NCBI RefSeq assembly: GCF_009914755.1
Contig: NC_060942.1
From: the human T2T-CHM13v2.0 reference genome, Homo sapiens
Direction: 5' to 3' (one strand)
Length of the DNA: 64,000 nucleotides
Position numbers and translations under genes: made by a program. Below the pieces are notes generated by a model. The model ran no database searches. It saw only the letters and a program-made list of their open reading frames with translations, and had not been told where the DNA came from. Every line of letters starts with the position of its first letter. Within the stretch, counting starts at the first letter, position 1. Of the stretch, positions 29,725 to 40,759 are shown in pieces.

Positions 29725-29875
29725 TTATTATTTATTTATTTATTTATTTTTTAAGAGATAGGGTCTCACTGTGTTGCCCAGGGTGGTCTTGAACTCCTGT
29801 CCTCATGTGGTCCCCCGCCACCAACTTCACCTCCCAAAGCACTGGGATTACAGGGGTGAGCCACCATGCTCAACC
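29725..29875 (-). mobile_element. FLAM (free left Alu monomer) with a (TTTA)n tail
   Basis: Single arm only: gagatagggtctcactgtgttgcccaggg...gggattacaggggtgagccacc. Confidence 0.88.
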
Positions 29876-30804
29876 TCAGTCATTCTTTGATCACTTCCTT
29901 ATTTTGAAGCACGTTAAAGTGTTCTGATCTTATAGTATACTTTCTCTGCCCCAGTCCAGGAATGAACCCTTTCTTCAAGAAGCCATGGTTCCCATTAGTG
30001 GAGGATGTCATGAAATCAAGATGTCATGAAAGGTGTGCTCTTTTTTTCTTAGGATGTTGCTGTTACTAGATCTAAGAGAGATCTCAGAAAACTACACTTA
30101 TGTATAGGTATGAATACCCATGTACATGCACCTGTATATGTGTGTGTGAATGCTTCCTTAACTTCTCTGTCTTGGAGACAAGGAACATCATGTAGAAGAA
30201 AGTATGTGAGCCTATTTACGTAATATATAAACATAACACAGTTTATATCTACATTTATTTCCAGATAGCTCTATCTTGTAAGCCATGAGTTCACACTGAT
30301 ACCTCCAATCCTAATCTACTAACCCCAATGCTAATCTAATACCCCATGGTCCATTCTAGTTTTCTGTCTTTCCATAGATGTCTCTTACTTCTCCGACAGT
30401 GAGAAACCAGCTCCTCTTACTCTTAATATATCTAGATATTTGATTATTGCCTTGTAGGTAGCCAGTCTTCCATCTTGGCCACCATACCTCTGCCATGTGG
30501 ATGGTCTCCTCATCACACACAGGCTGTGACTCTTGATGACAGGCCACCCACCTTGCATTTTCCTCTTTCTGTTAGACTTCTAACACTGCACATCAGGCTA
30601 CTCCTCAGTGCAGGTGCCCTCCTCACCATGGTTGGACTCTAAAACTCCTCTCCAGGCCACCTCTCTGTGCTACCTCACCCCACTTGGCTCTGTGATTCCC
30701 TCCTGGACTGTCATGATCATGGCTGTACCCCTCTCCCCTTCTCTACACGCTTACAATGCTTTAAGCCTCATACCTAGATGTTCAGAAGAGGGAAGAGAAG
30801 GCTG

Positions 30805-31162
30805 TCTGGATTCTGATTAGGTTCAGCTGTTGGGTAGTCACAGCAATGGATTGAATGGAGAAAGAAAAGTGAGATTGAGCATCATATCCTCCCTGCAATG
30901 ACAGCACAGGCTTCATTCATTGGCCAGCTCCTATCAGGATGTCCTCTCCATACAGTCCCCTCTCTGCCCGTGGTCTGATAAGCCCTGCGTCCCTTCACAC
31001 TTCAGGTCACACACTAACTCCCATTGTTAATTCTAGTTTACTTCACTGTTCTCTGTGGTGTTGCAGCCCCTAGGCCATACCTTTTTAAGTCATCACTTTA
31101 CTCTCCTCAAATGATCCTAACTTGAAGGAGCTGTTGTGGCTGCTAAGACTCTTGACTGGCAG
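30805..31162 (+). mobile_element. LTR33-like ERVL LTR, 3' piece
   Basis: tctggattctgattaggttcagc...cagctcctatcagg..tcctctccatacag...actctcctcaaat...ttgactggcaga. Confidence 0.65.
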
Positions 31163-31234
31163 ACCTTGTGAGGAAGTTGAGTAATAGAGGTGTAAGAAAA
31201 TTATACTGGTTTGGGGTAGGAATGGAATGTATAT

Positions 31235-31575
31235 TTCATTCATTTATTCAACCAAAACATATTTAATGCCTACAATTCACCAGACTCTGCTAGCTCTGAT
31301 GATGTAACTGCTAATAAGTTACAGTTCCTATCCTGAAAGAGAGAATTGTTCTAGAGGAGAGAGAGAGATGTAAAAGCCTGTAATTACAGAACAGTGCTCT
31401 GATTGTAGTTTATATATCATGCTATGGGAACATAGAGGAGATAATTACATTGTCTGTAAGATTTAGAGAAGGCTTGAAAGGGGAGGTGTCATTTGGGCCG
31501 GGTCCGGAAAGATACAGGAAGGTTATCAGGTAAAGAAATGTGGAGGGCATTCCAATAGAGGAAACAATATGTGCC
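31235..31575 (-). mobile_element. L2 3' end
   Basis: ttcattcatttattcaaccaaaacatatttaatgcctac...tgctatgggaacatagaggag. Confidence 0.7.
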
Positions 31576-31577
31576 AG

Positions 31578-31790
31578 TAATAATGATTATGTATACTGCT
31601 AGGTCTTCTACATATATTATCAGCAATTCTTACCATAATGCTCTAAACGGTATTATCAACCCCACTTTCTATATGTAGAAGCTGAGGGTCAGGGAGGAAA
31701 AAGGTCTAACCCAACTTTTTCCAAGTAAAACCATGGGAGTGAGAATGGAAACACAGGTTTGTCCAACTCCAAGCTTATGCTTTTTCTCCA
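31578..31790 (-). mobile_element. MIR SINE
   Basis: ggtattatcaaccccactttctatatgtagaagctgagggtcagggagg...aacacaggtttgtccaactccaag. Confidence 0.65.
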
Positions 31791-32079
31791 CATGATGTTC
31801 CTTGTCCCCAAGATGCAAAGGCAGAAAAGTACATTTTGTCTGTCAACACATAATTTGAAATGGCTGGGATATAATGTGAGTAAATTGAGGCCACAAAGGT
31901 AGCTTAGAACAGCATTTTTTAAAAAGGCTTCAAATGTCAGTAAGCTATGTAGAGCATGCCAGGATTTTGCACTGGAGCAGGACATATGTATAATTATGTT
32001 TTTTTAAAAAAGAGCCGTGATGAGGGACTGAAGCATAGAACAGAGGAGGAGGAGTCCCAGACTCTCCACCTTGCTGGGA

Positions 32080-32470
32080 GTTAGCCATACCCTCCTTTCT
32101 GTTCCTCAAACCCAAGCCTTTTCTGTGTCTCAGCTTCTGTGCTTCCTACTAGCTCTGCAGGGATGCTTTCCTGACAGGGATGCTTTTGGCAAGACCAGCT
32201 CCTTCTCATCCACCAGGGCTCAAAGTCCTCCTCACAAAAGCTTTTCTTGCCTCCCCTCCCATCTAAAACACCTTCTTTAGTTGTTTCTTGTCTTATTTTT
32301 CTGTTTATTTCCTTCCTGGCACTCACTATAGTCTCTGATTAACTTATTCATGTATTTGTTTTCCTCATTGGAATAATGGCCTCAGGACAGTCCTTTGTTT
32401 CTCCTCCTCATTTTGCCTAGCACATAGTAGGTGCTCAGTAAAGGTTTTCCGAATGAGTGATTGAGTGAAT
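32080..32470 (+). mobile_element. L2 3' end
   Basis: gcctagcacatagtaggtgctcagtaaagg...gaatgagtgattgagtgaat terminal motif. Confidence 0.8.
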
Positions 32471-32561
32471 ATAGACTGAGAAATGACTTAGCAAGGTAAT
32501 TTAACTTGTCTAATAAATGTAAAAGCCTTAGCCACAGATATTAGAGAATGGAAAAGAACTT

Positions 32562-32845
32562 TGCATTAGTCTACTCATGCTGCCATTGCAAAATTCTGCA
32601 GCCCGGGTGGCTTACAACAGAAGTTTATTTTCTCACAGTTCTTGAGGCTTGAAGTTTAAGATAAAGGTGCCAGCATGGTGGGATTCTCCTGAGGCCTCTC
32701 TCCTTGGCCTGATGGTCTAGGGCCTTGCTATTATGACCTCATTTAACCTTAATTACCCCTTTAAGAGCCTTATCTCCGAAGAAAATCATGTTGGGGTTAA
32801 GGCTTCAATATGTGAATTTTGTGGAGGCGCAATTCAGTCCATATT
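32562..32845 (-). mobile_element. MLT1A-like MaLR LTR with an internal deletion
   Basis: gggtggcttacaacagaagtttattttctcacagttc...atgacctcatttaaccttaattacc...aattcagtccata. Confidence 0.85.
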
Positions 32846-35800
32846 GAACATTTTGGAAGTAGTCATCCAAAACTTGGTAGTTGGATTTAGGGGAGAAGGA
32901 GGTGCTGAATACATGTTTTTGGTATTATGTTTATTGTGCATTTGAGAATAGCAAAAGATTGGTAAGTTTTTAAAGCTAGGGTAGACTTAAACATACTTTT
33001 GGCTTAAAATTGAGGCAGTTAATTGGAGAAATTTAAGATGGAAGAGAGAGGATTTGATTTACTGACAAAAGTTTTAGAATACATAAGAAAGAATTGACTT
33101 AAATTGGAGACAAAGCTTATTTAGAAAAACAAAGAAAAAAGTATTGATTTCTGAGATCATAGGGAAGCAGGAAAGAAAGAGTAAAAAATAAGTAAATTTG
33201 AAAAATGCAGTAGAAAGTGAGAGTTTTCCCCTGGATGGTAGTGTATGTTAGTGTCTGCTAAGAGACTAGAGGATCAGGGATTTCAGGAGAGTAAAAAGGC
33301 CGTGAAAAGTGGCTTGGTGTATTTTCAGAGATTCATCCTGCAGAAAAAAGTAGTTGCTGAGAATCATTGAGGGCACATTTGAGAAGAGATGGCAGTGGAC
33401 AAATAGTTGGTCTATTTATGTGTTTTTCACCCCAGCAATGCTAAATATTTATGCATTTATCTTGGTAACACATGTGCCAGAAGTTAGATTTTGCAAAAGT
33501 CAGAGATTTACAAAGGCTCAAATTTGAAGGAGTTGATGGATTTTAGGAGACTTGTAAGGTTCTTGTTGACTGATTAGATGTGGTTGATTATGAGGTTCAG
33601 GCAGCATAGGAAGGAAAGTAAGGTTGGAGGAGCTGGGCTGATTGAGCGGACAGGAAAATATAGGTTGGAAGGAAGCAAAGTATGTTGATAAATGAAGTGT
33701 TATGGGGTCCTAGAGTAACACACTTTGGATATGATCAGGTTTAGGCAAACACATGGGTCAAAGTCATCTTCTTGACCACAGCATTTTGGCTCAGAGATGA
33801 AATACAGAGAAACCAAGAAGTCAGAGCAGGATTGGTCAGTGGTAGCAGATAGGTAGAATTATAACTAGTTCTTCCCTCAATCCCCCTTATGGGAATGTTG
33901 GCTTAATAAATTCACTGCTTGGGTTTGTAGCCAGACATGCCTTTGTGCATAGCGTTCTGCAAGATGTGCTTGGAGAATTTTTAGAACCTCCTTGATTATA
34001 CATAGCGGATCTCTCCTTTCTTTAAGAATTTGTACTTTATAAAATGTGTCTACATAGAACAATTTTGTGACCTTTTAAAAATATATGGCAGCTGGTGGAA
34101 TAAATGTCAACTAAAGTGGAGTCCTATTAAAGTTTTTATTACACTTTCAAATTGAACCTCACTGATGAGTAGGTTGTTGTCATTTCTGTCATCGATATCA
34201 TTTTTACTTGATGTTCTTCTCTGACTCCCTCTATTTGGTGCTATCAGGGCTAACGGGGCTATCTTTGCAAATATTTATAAGACCATCCCCCAACTGCTTC
34301 TAAATAAGTTGTGCCTGCTTTTTTTTTTGTCCAAATGGTAATTGCAGCATTTTAGTCAATTTTTACTAAACTCTCAATTCTTTTGCATTTATGTCTGTGT
34401 TGTCTATGGTCTGTTAAATAACTAGTCACTGAAGAGTAGGTACTGTGTAGGCTCTTTAAAATCCTATCTGTCTTTGTGTTCCTCCGGTTCTGCACTCACT
34501 GGCAATAATGCACATAATTTTAACTGTGGAGAATGTCATTAAACTAAAATGGAACATTTACACAGTCCCTTTTGCAGAGAATTTTGGACTAGGAAAATGG
34601 ATGTGTCTGTCAGACATTTTACAGCACAGGAGAATGTGATTTATTGATTTCTGATGGCTCTGTTGGCATCAGTGTATATATTTAAAGAAGTCACGCAGCC
34701 TTTATAAATGCAAATGCGAAAGGGCTTTCCGTCTTTTCCCTCCGTGGAAATAGCTCATACATTTTCGATAACTCAGGCTCCTCTTAGAGATTGCTCTATG
34801 TACTGAATATATTGATTTAAAAATTATACTGTTATTTTATTCTACAAATAGTGTATATAATGAAATGTCAATTTACTTAAAAGATTATAAAATTCAAAAG
34901 TATTAAATATATGAAAAATACTAGTATCTTAAGCCTTTAGGTAAAAGTAAGTGTGTGTTTGAAATGTAATTATTTTAATGGAACTGACACTTTGGCTTTT
35001 TCGCTGAGTCTGAAAGCGTATCTAAAAGTACTTAGAAGATCCATTATTTCTTCTTGCCTAAGTCACTTACTGGTGATAGTAAATCATACATAGCCAGAGA
35101 TATTCTGGCCAATCATGCTTGGATATTTTCATTCTCACCATTTGGGCTTTATGGTGGGTATGGAGGTATATATAATTTATTTAATAAGATGGAAATTCTT
35201 TATGGAGGAAAGTAATTTTACCTATATATTATTCATTTCTTAGCTAACTGATACTTAACGTCAAATCCTGTTCATCGGTATCTGCTTCAGTGTATGTAAA
35301 ATAACTATAGACTCAATTAAATTACAGATTTTCAAGTAATTGCACATAATAGGCAATCTAACTTACAGAGCTGATTCTAGTCTATGCATAAGGCAGTTAA
35401 TAGAGAAACACAAAATCACTTAACCTGAATAACATACTATTCTGTGCATTAAGCCACTTTCTTTCTCTTTTGTACAGGCTACTAAGTGGCAGCTTCATAG
35501 CCTGGAAGGGTGTCTTTGTCCATGTATAATCCACTACCACTAGCATATTGGATTACTAAATACTTAGTATTGCCCTCTAATATTTACATAATTCTCTTTT
35601 TGTTCTCTTACATAATTTACTTAATAATATATGTATGTGTAATTCTTAGCTGCCAGTTTATGCAGGAATGGTAAATGACTTAACATTAGCTTTGTCCTAA
35701 ATATGAAAAAGAGACAGTTTGAGGGGGAGAATCATGCATGTGGTAGATTACACATTAGTGCCTGTTCTTTTAGTAAGGAGCATTCTAAGGCCAAGGTCAC

Positions 35801-37269
35801 CACTGACCATTATGAACAGGTGTCATACAGTGAGTCTCCCCTAAATTAGGGTCAAAGTTAGAGAGAAGAAAACTGATTTCACTTATGAAGTCATTTTTAC
35901 AACTCCTAGTAGTTATTATACCCTATTAAAAAAATATAGTTGCCCAAGAAAATACTTTGATTCCAGTTGTAAAATTTGTTAAAGTTCATTGTAAAGGAAT
36001 AAAGGAATCAATTCTAAGCAGGAAATCAACAGTGTAATGACGTTTGAACTTCTGGATTAAAGTGTTAGTATAAATATGCATATGTAATTCCCCTCACCAC
36101 TTCTAATTCCTCATTAAAGTGACATTGGCTTTTCCCCATTAATATATTTCCTTATCAGTCATGGAACCTAGGGGAAGAACGCCATCCAGATGCCAAAAGC
36201 TGTGAGGAGTTTCTGCAGGAGATAATGAAAGTGAGATTAGATTAACCAGAGGGATAATGGGTGGGAGTGACTGCCTCAGGAGGAAACTCTGTGGGATGTG
36301 ACTGGAAGAGACTGCTGGTTTGTACTGTCCAGAACTAGCTCTGAGTGAGGGGGGCTGGAGGCAAGGGTGGAGCAGTCAGGAGGAGCACATCTCAATATCA
36401 TTCTTGCTTTCTCGGAGTGTTCATCAGGACTTATGCTCTATAACAGCAAGATCCGATTGCAGAAAATGTTTCCAGGCTGTGCTTGCTATGGAGTTGTCCT
36501 GTGTTCTATCCAAAGCCTAACTGACCTGCTAGCCAAAGGAAGGCTCAGCCTCAATGATGTATCACCAAACATATGGGTAAAATGTTATTTGTTAAAGAAT
36601 CAATCTCTGCTCCTCACAAGTGCCAAACCTCATCTTGGACAAACATCAGCTAAAGTAAACATAAACATGTACTTTTTCCTGATTGTTTATTTGCGGATGA
36701 AATATTTGTACAGGGTCAACAGAGTTTCTGATGGAAACCATCTCAATATCTACGACTGATCTAACACCTACTGACCTCACCCTCTTAGAAGGAAAGGACA
36801 GAAATCAATAACTAGGCATAGAAAAGATTTGGCAGTTTAAATAAAGAGAACCTGTGTGACAATTCAGAGAACAAGACCCTTTATGTGTTACTGAAATAGG
36901 ATGAAAATGATCTGAACAGTATCTATTAATAAAGTTGAATTGATTCAAAAGAATATACTTATTTTACAAATATCAATTGAAATTTTATGGTGGGCTATGC
37001 AAGGTTCTAGACATTGGAAATACTGTGTTGCATGAGATTGTCATGAGTCCTGCCTTCATTGAGCTTATAGTCTAGCAAGAGAAACAACATTAGAAGTAGT
37101 GAACATGCACTAAGCTCCCTGGAAATACAAATTTGAAGAACAGAAAAGAGAGCTTCTGAGCTGGCACATGAGTGAATTTGATGCAGTTGAATTTTTGGAA
37201 ACGGTTTGATACTTTGGAATCTTATGATATCTTAGGCAGAACCAGATTTGTGCTCAGTTTATAGTGAAG

Positions 37270-37680
37270 TCTTCCCCACCACTAAGGCGTATGATTTTCC
37301 AATCTGACTAGTGAGAACAAGCACTGTTCCTGGCCCTGTATGAGCACAGGACACTGTTACCTCTATACATTTCAGGTGGTTGTTGCCCAACCTCTGGGCA
37401 ATTTTCTCACACAGCTGATCAACATTCAGCTGATGGCCCAGCACAGTGACTCATGCCTGTAATCTTAGCACTTTGAGAGGCCAAGGGGAAAGGATGACTT
37501 GAGCCCCATAGTTTGAGACCAGCCTGGGCAACATAATGAGACTCTGTCTCTCAAAAAAAATCATAATAATTTTAGAAAACATTCAGCTGAAGAACTCCAG
37601 AATTTTCTCTCTATGATACTCTGTCTTCTCCTGTTCTCTTCCTGTGACCTATAACTACATTGTTTTCCCTGACTCAGCTT
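37270..37680 (-). mobile_element. Old L1M 5'-region fragment, interrupted by a FLAM
   Basis: ctctgggcaattttctcacacagctgatc...ttcagctgaag...ttctctct...cctgtgacc resembles an L1M 5'UTR. Confidence 0.45.
37435..37577 (+). mobile_element. FLAM Alu monomer with perfect 13-bp TSD
   Basis: ggcccagcacagtgactcatgcctgtaatc...gagactctgtctc plus A-rich tail; TSD aacattcagctga at 37421-37433 and 37578-37590. Confidence 0.93.
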
Positions 37681-37750
37681 CAGTGTATTGCTAGCCCAGT
37701 AGATGGATAGTGGTGCCATTAACTGAGATAGGTAAAGATGGAAGAATATG

Positions 37751-38124
37751 TACTATGGTATGAATGTAGGTATCCCTCCTGGATTTAAATGTTGGAACTT
37801 GAACTCCAAGCTGATGTTATCAAGAGATGTGGGGCCTTTTGAGAAGTGATTAAGTCAGGAGGACTTTGCCCTTGTGAATGGGATTAAACCCTTATAAAAG
37901 AGATTTCAGAGGCCTGCCTGGACTTTCTTTCTCTTATGCCAAGTGAGGACACAGCAACGTGGTGCCATTTTGGAAGCATAGAATATCCTTTACCAGATAT
38001 CACCTCTACTGGTGCCTTGATCTTGGATCTCACAGCCCCTAGAACTGTGACAAAATACATTTCTGTTCTCTATAAATTACCCAGTCTTGAGTGTTTTGTT
38101 TTAGCAGCACAAATGAAAAAGACA
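37751..38124 (+). mobile_element. MSTD/MLT1A-like MaLR solo LTR
   Basis: tactatggtatgaatgt...gaatgggatta..cccttataaaagag...ggtgccttgatcttgga...tataaattacccagtc...aagaca. Confidence 0.88.
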
Positions 38125-38531
38125 GCATGTTTTCCATTTTGGACGTGTTGGATCTGAGGTGCATTTGAGAAATCTGTGTGGAAGCAGTGAATAACTAATT
38201 GGCTATACAGGTCTGGAGGTTAAACTTCCAAGGTGGAGTTAAAAGGAATTGGGAACCATTGATGTATGCCTGTTAATTAAAACCATGAATATAAACAAAA
38301 AGGGCTATAGAATAGATTTAGAAGAGGGCTTAAGATGAAAGTCTGAAATTTCCAAATGTTAATGGCTGAATAAAAGAGAATGAGCTTACAGAGGAGACAG
38401 AAAAGTAATCATCAGTGAAGTGGGGTAGCATAAAACCAGAATTCTATCATTGAATACACTTCCAATGATATTTAGAAAGTGAATATTTAGGAAGGAGGCC
38501 ATGATTTATTTTTTCGGAGGGGAAAGGAACA

Positions 38532-39196
38532 CTGTCTCTGGGGAAAATATGTGTTAAGTAGTTACTTCATTTCACTTAGCTATTCATAATAGTTTAAGAG
38601 AGGGATCAGGGAAAAGGGGAGTTCCAGGGTGACTGTGCTCATGGCCAAGGCTGTGCCCGTTCGTGCTATAGGGAAAGTTGCTTCACTAAAATAATACAGC
38701 CAAATCTCTAACCAAGTTAATAAAAAGACAACAATAAAACTAAGACTTGAAGAAGGCAGGGGAGGGTAACAGTATATAGAAATGCTACAAAATATAGTCT
38801 AAGATATCCACTTTTCAAAAGAGAGACACAGAGAGGGAGAGATACATATATAGGCCAAGAAATAAGAAAGAATGACTCAAGAGTCTAGAAAACCGGCAAG
38901 AAAATCTTCTATGAAATGCTCTGATGTTAGATTGAACAGAAAAAGGCTTGAAAGCAGGCATTGTAAATATCTTCAGATATCTAAAGGAAACCATGCTTAC
39001 ATAAATTAAGGAATGTATAATGACAGTGTCACACCAAATACACATCATCAATAAAGAAATAGTGACAATGAGAAATAATGAAATTATTAGTTGAAGAGTA
39101 GAATAAAATGAAAATTTCATTAGAGGGGCACAGTAATAAATTTGAACTGGCAAATGAAAGAATAGGCAAATTTGAAGATGGAGCGATAGAGATTAT
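38532..39196 (+). repeat. Left arm of a ~670-bp inverted duplication (partner 41633-42303); L1M 5'UTR/ORF1-derived
   Basis: Exact reverse-complement anchors: 38599-38626 vs 42209-42236 (28 nt) and 38897-38920 vs 41918-41941 (24 nt), colinear throughout. Confidence 0.93.
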
Positions 39197-40258
39197 TGAG
39201 TATTACTCATGTATTGAGTAAGATGATGATTGAGAGTTTACCATGCATTTCACCGATGTGGGTCACTGGTGATCTTGACAGACACAATTTTAGTAGCATT
39301 CTTGGGGTGAAAAACTAGTTTGGAGTGGTTTCAGAAGAGACTGGAAGGAGAATATTTGCATAGAACTCTTTCATGTTCCCCTACAAAGAATATGAAAATG
39401 GAACGTGTGCAATGGAACAACAAAATGGAGCATTAGATCTTCGAATTTCTTGCTGAGTATTTTGAGGCCACTGTTCTTTTTAAAATTGCTGTAATACATG
39501 GGGTATTTTATTTCATAATATAGTTGTGTTTTGTGTATGTGAAAGCTATTTTTTTCTTAGACCATTTTACTCAATTTTTGATAATTATACATTATTTTTT
39601 ATTTATATTATTGAGTTTTTCAGATAAATATATCGCTTATAAGAATGATAATTTTATCTCCTTTATAATTAGCATACTTTTTGAGAACCATTTCATTTAT
39701 TTGTTCAGGAGAAATCCAGATTGGAGTTAAATAAGATGTAAGTTAGAGAAGAAAGAAGTTGAGAATGCAGACTTGTCTTTTAGTAAATTTGCCTGAAAGT
39801 GGAGCAGGCATAGGGGTAACTGGAACAGCATGTTAAGGAGAGAGATGGGGTTTTGTTTGGTTTATTTTTTCGTGTGGCAGAGGATTTAATATGTTTAGAG
39901 ATCAAAGTGATAGAGTTCCCTTTGAGAGGGAGCAATTAAGTAATCAAGATAAAAATAGGAATCGGTGGCTTACTGTAACGATCCCTGAAGGCAGGGGTGG
40001 AATAGGTGGTTATTGAGGCACTGGTGGAGATATTTTTTCATAGAAAGGGGACAGAGGACTGCTTCCAGAAAAACTGGAAGAGAGGAAGATGGTGGGTAAA
40101 TACAATGTATTTGAAGTTTCCTAGTGGAAAATCTAGGGCATTCCTGCCTGATCACCACAGGTTCATTTTTTTTTTCCCCAGGAAAGTAGATATCAGGATC
40201 ATGTACTGGTAGTGCTAGGTAGGATGAGGGTAGGGAGGAAGGTAAGAAGCTTGAGCAG

Positions 40259-40318
40259 AAGAGAATGAAGTTTGAAATAGCAACTGAAAGAGAATGAAGT
40301 TTGAAATAGCAACTGAAA
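40259..40318. repeat. Perfect 29-bp tandem duplication
   Basis: gagaatgaagtttgaaatagcaactgaaa at 40261 and 40290. Confidence 0.97.
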
Positions 40319-40759
40319 AGTGAGAAAGTGAGTTCACTGAAAGCAGCACATCAGGCTACCTTAGAGAGCGATAAGGGCCCTGAATTTGAAGGCTTTATTA
40401 ACAAACCTCTCTGCTTAAATTTTTCCAAAAGTGTTGGCTATAGAATGGAACCATCCACTATAGATTGAGCTTTAGCCATATGGGTGTATCCAAAAGACAG
40501 GAAGGGCAAGAATCTTGTTGACATGATGGACCAGAAAAGCTGAACTTCAAAACTAGGGGAATGAAGAAAGAACAATGAACTGGGTAAAAGTAAAGGGATG
40601 AGTCAACACAGTGGGTCACAAGTTCAAGAATGGTCATGGTAGGAGGAAGTTAACATGCTAGCGAGGTCAGAGAGAAGAGCACGATAGGGGTTAAAACTTA
40701 CAGTAATAAAGCAGTTTGGGGCATTTTACCCAGTATTTTCCAAAAGATCTGTTGTTTTT

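Larger units (their letters stand above)
37690..39400 (-). mobile_element. L2 LINE, interrupted by a MaLR LTR and by the inverted duplication arm (38532-39196)
   Basis: gatagtggtgccattaactgagatagg, ttttggacgtgttg, gaggagacagaaaag, then resuming gagtaagatgatgattgagag...gggtcactggtgatcttgac. Confidence 0.7.
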
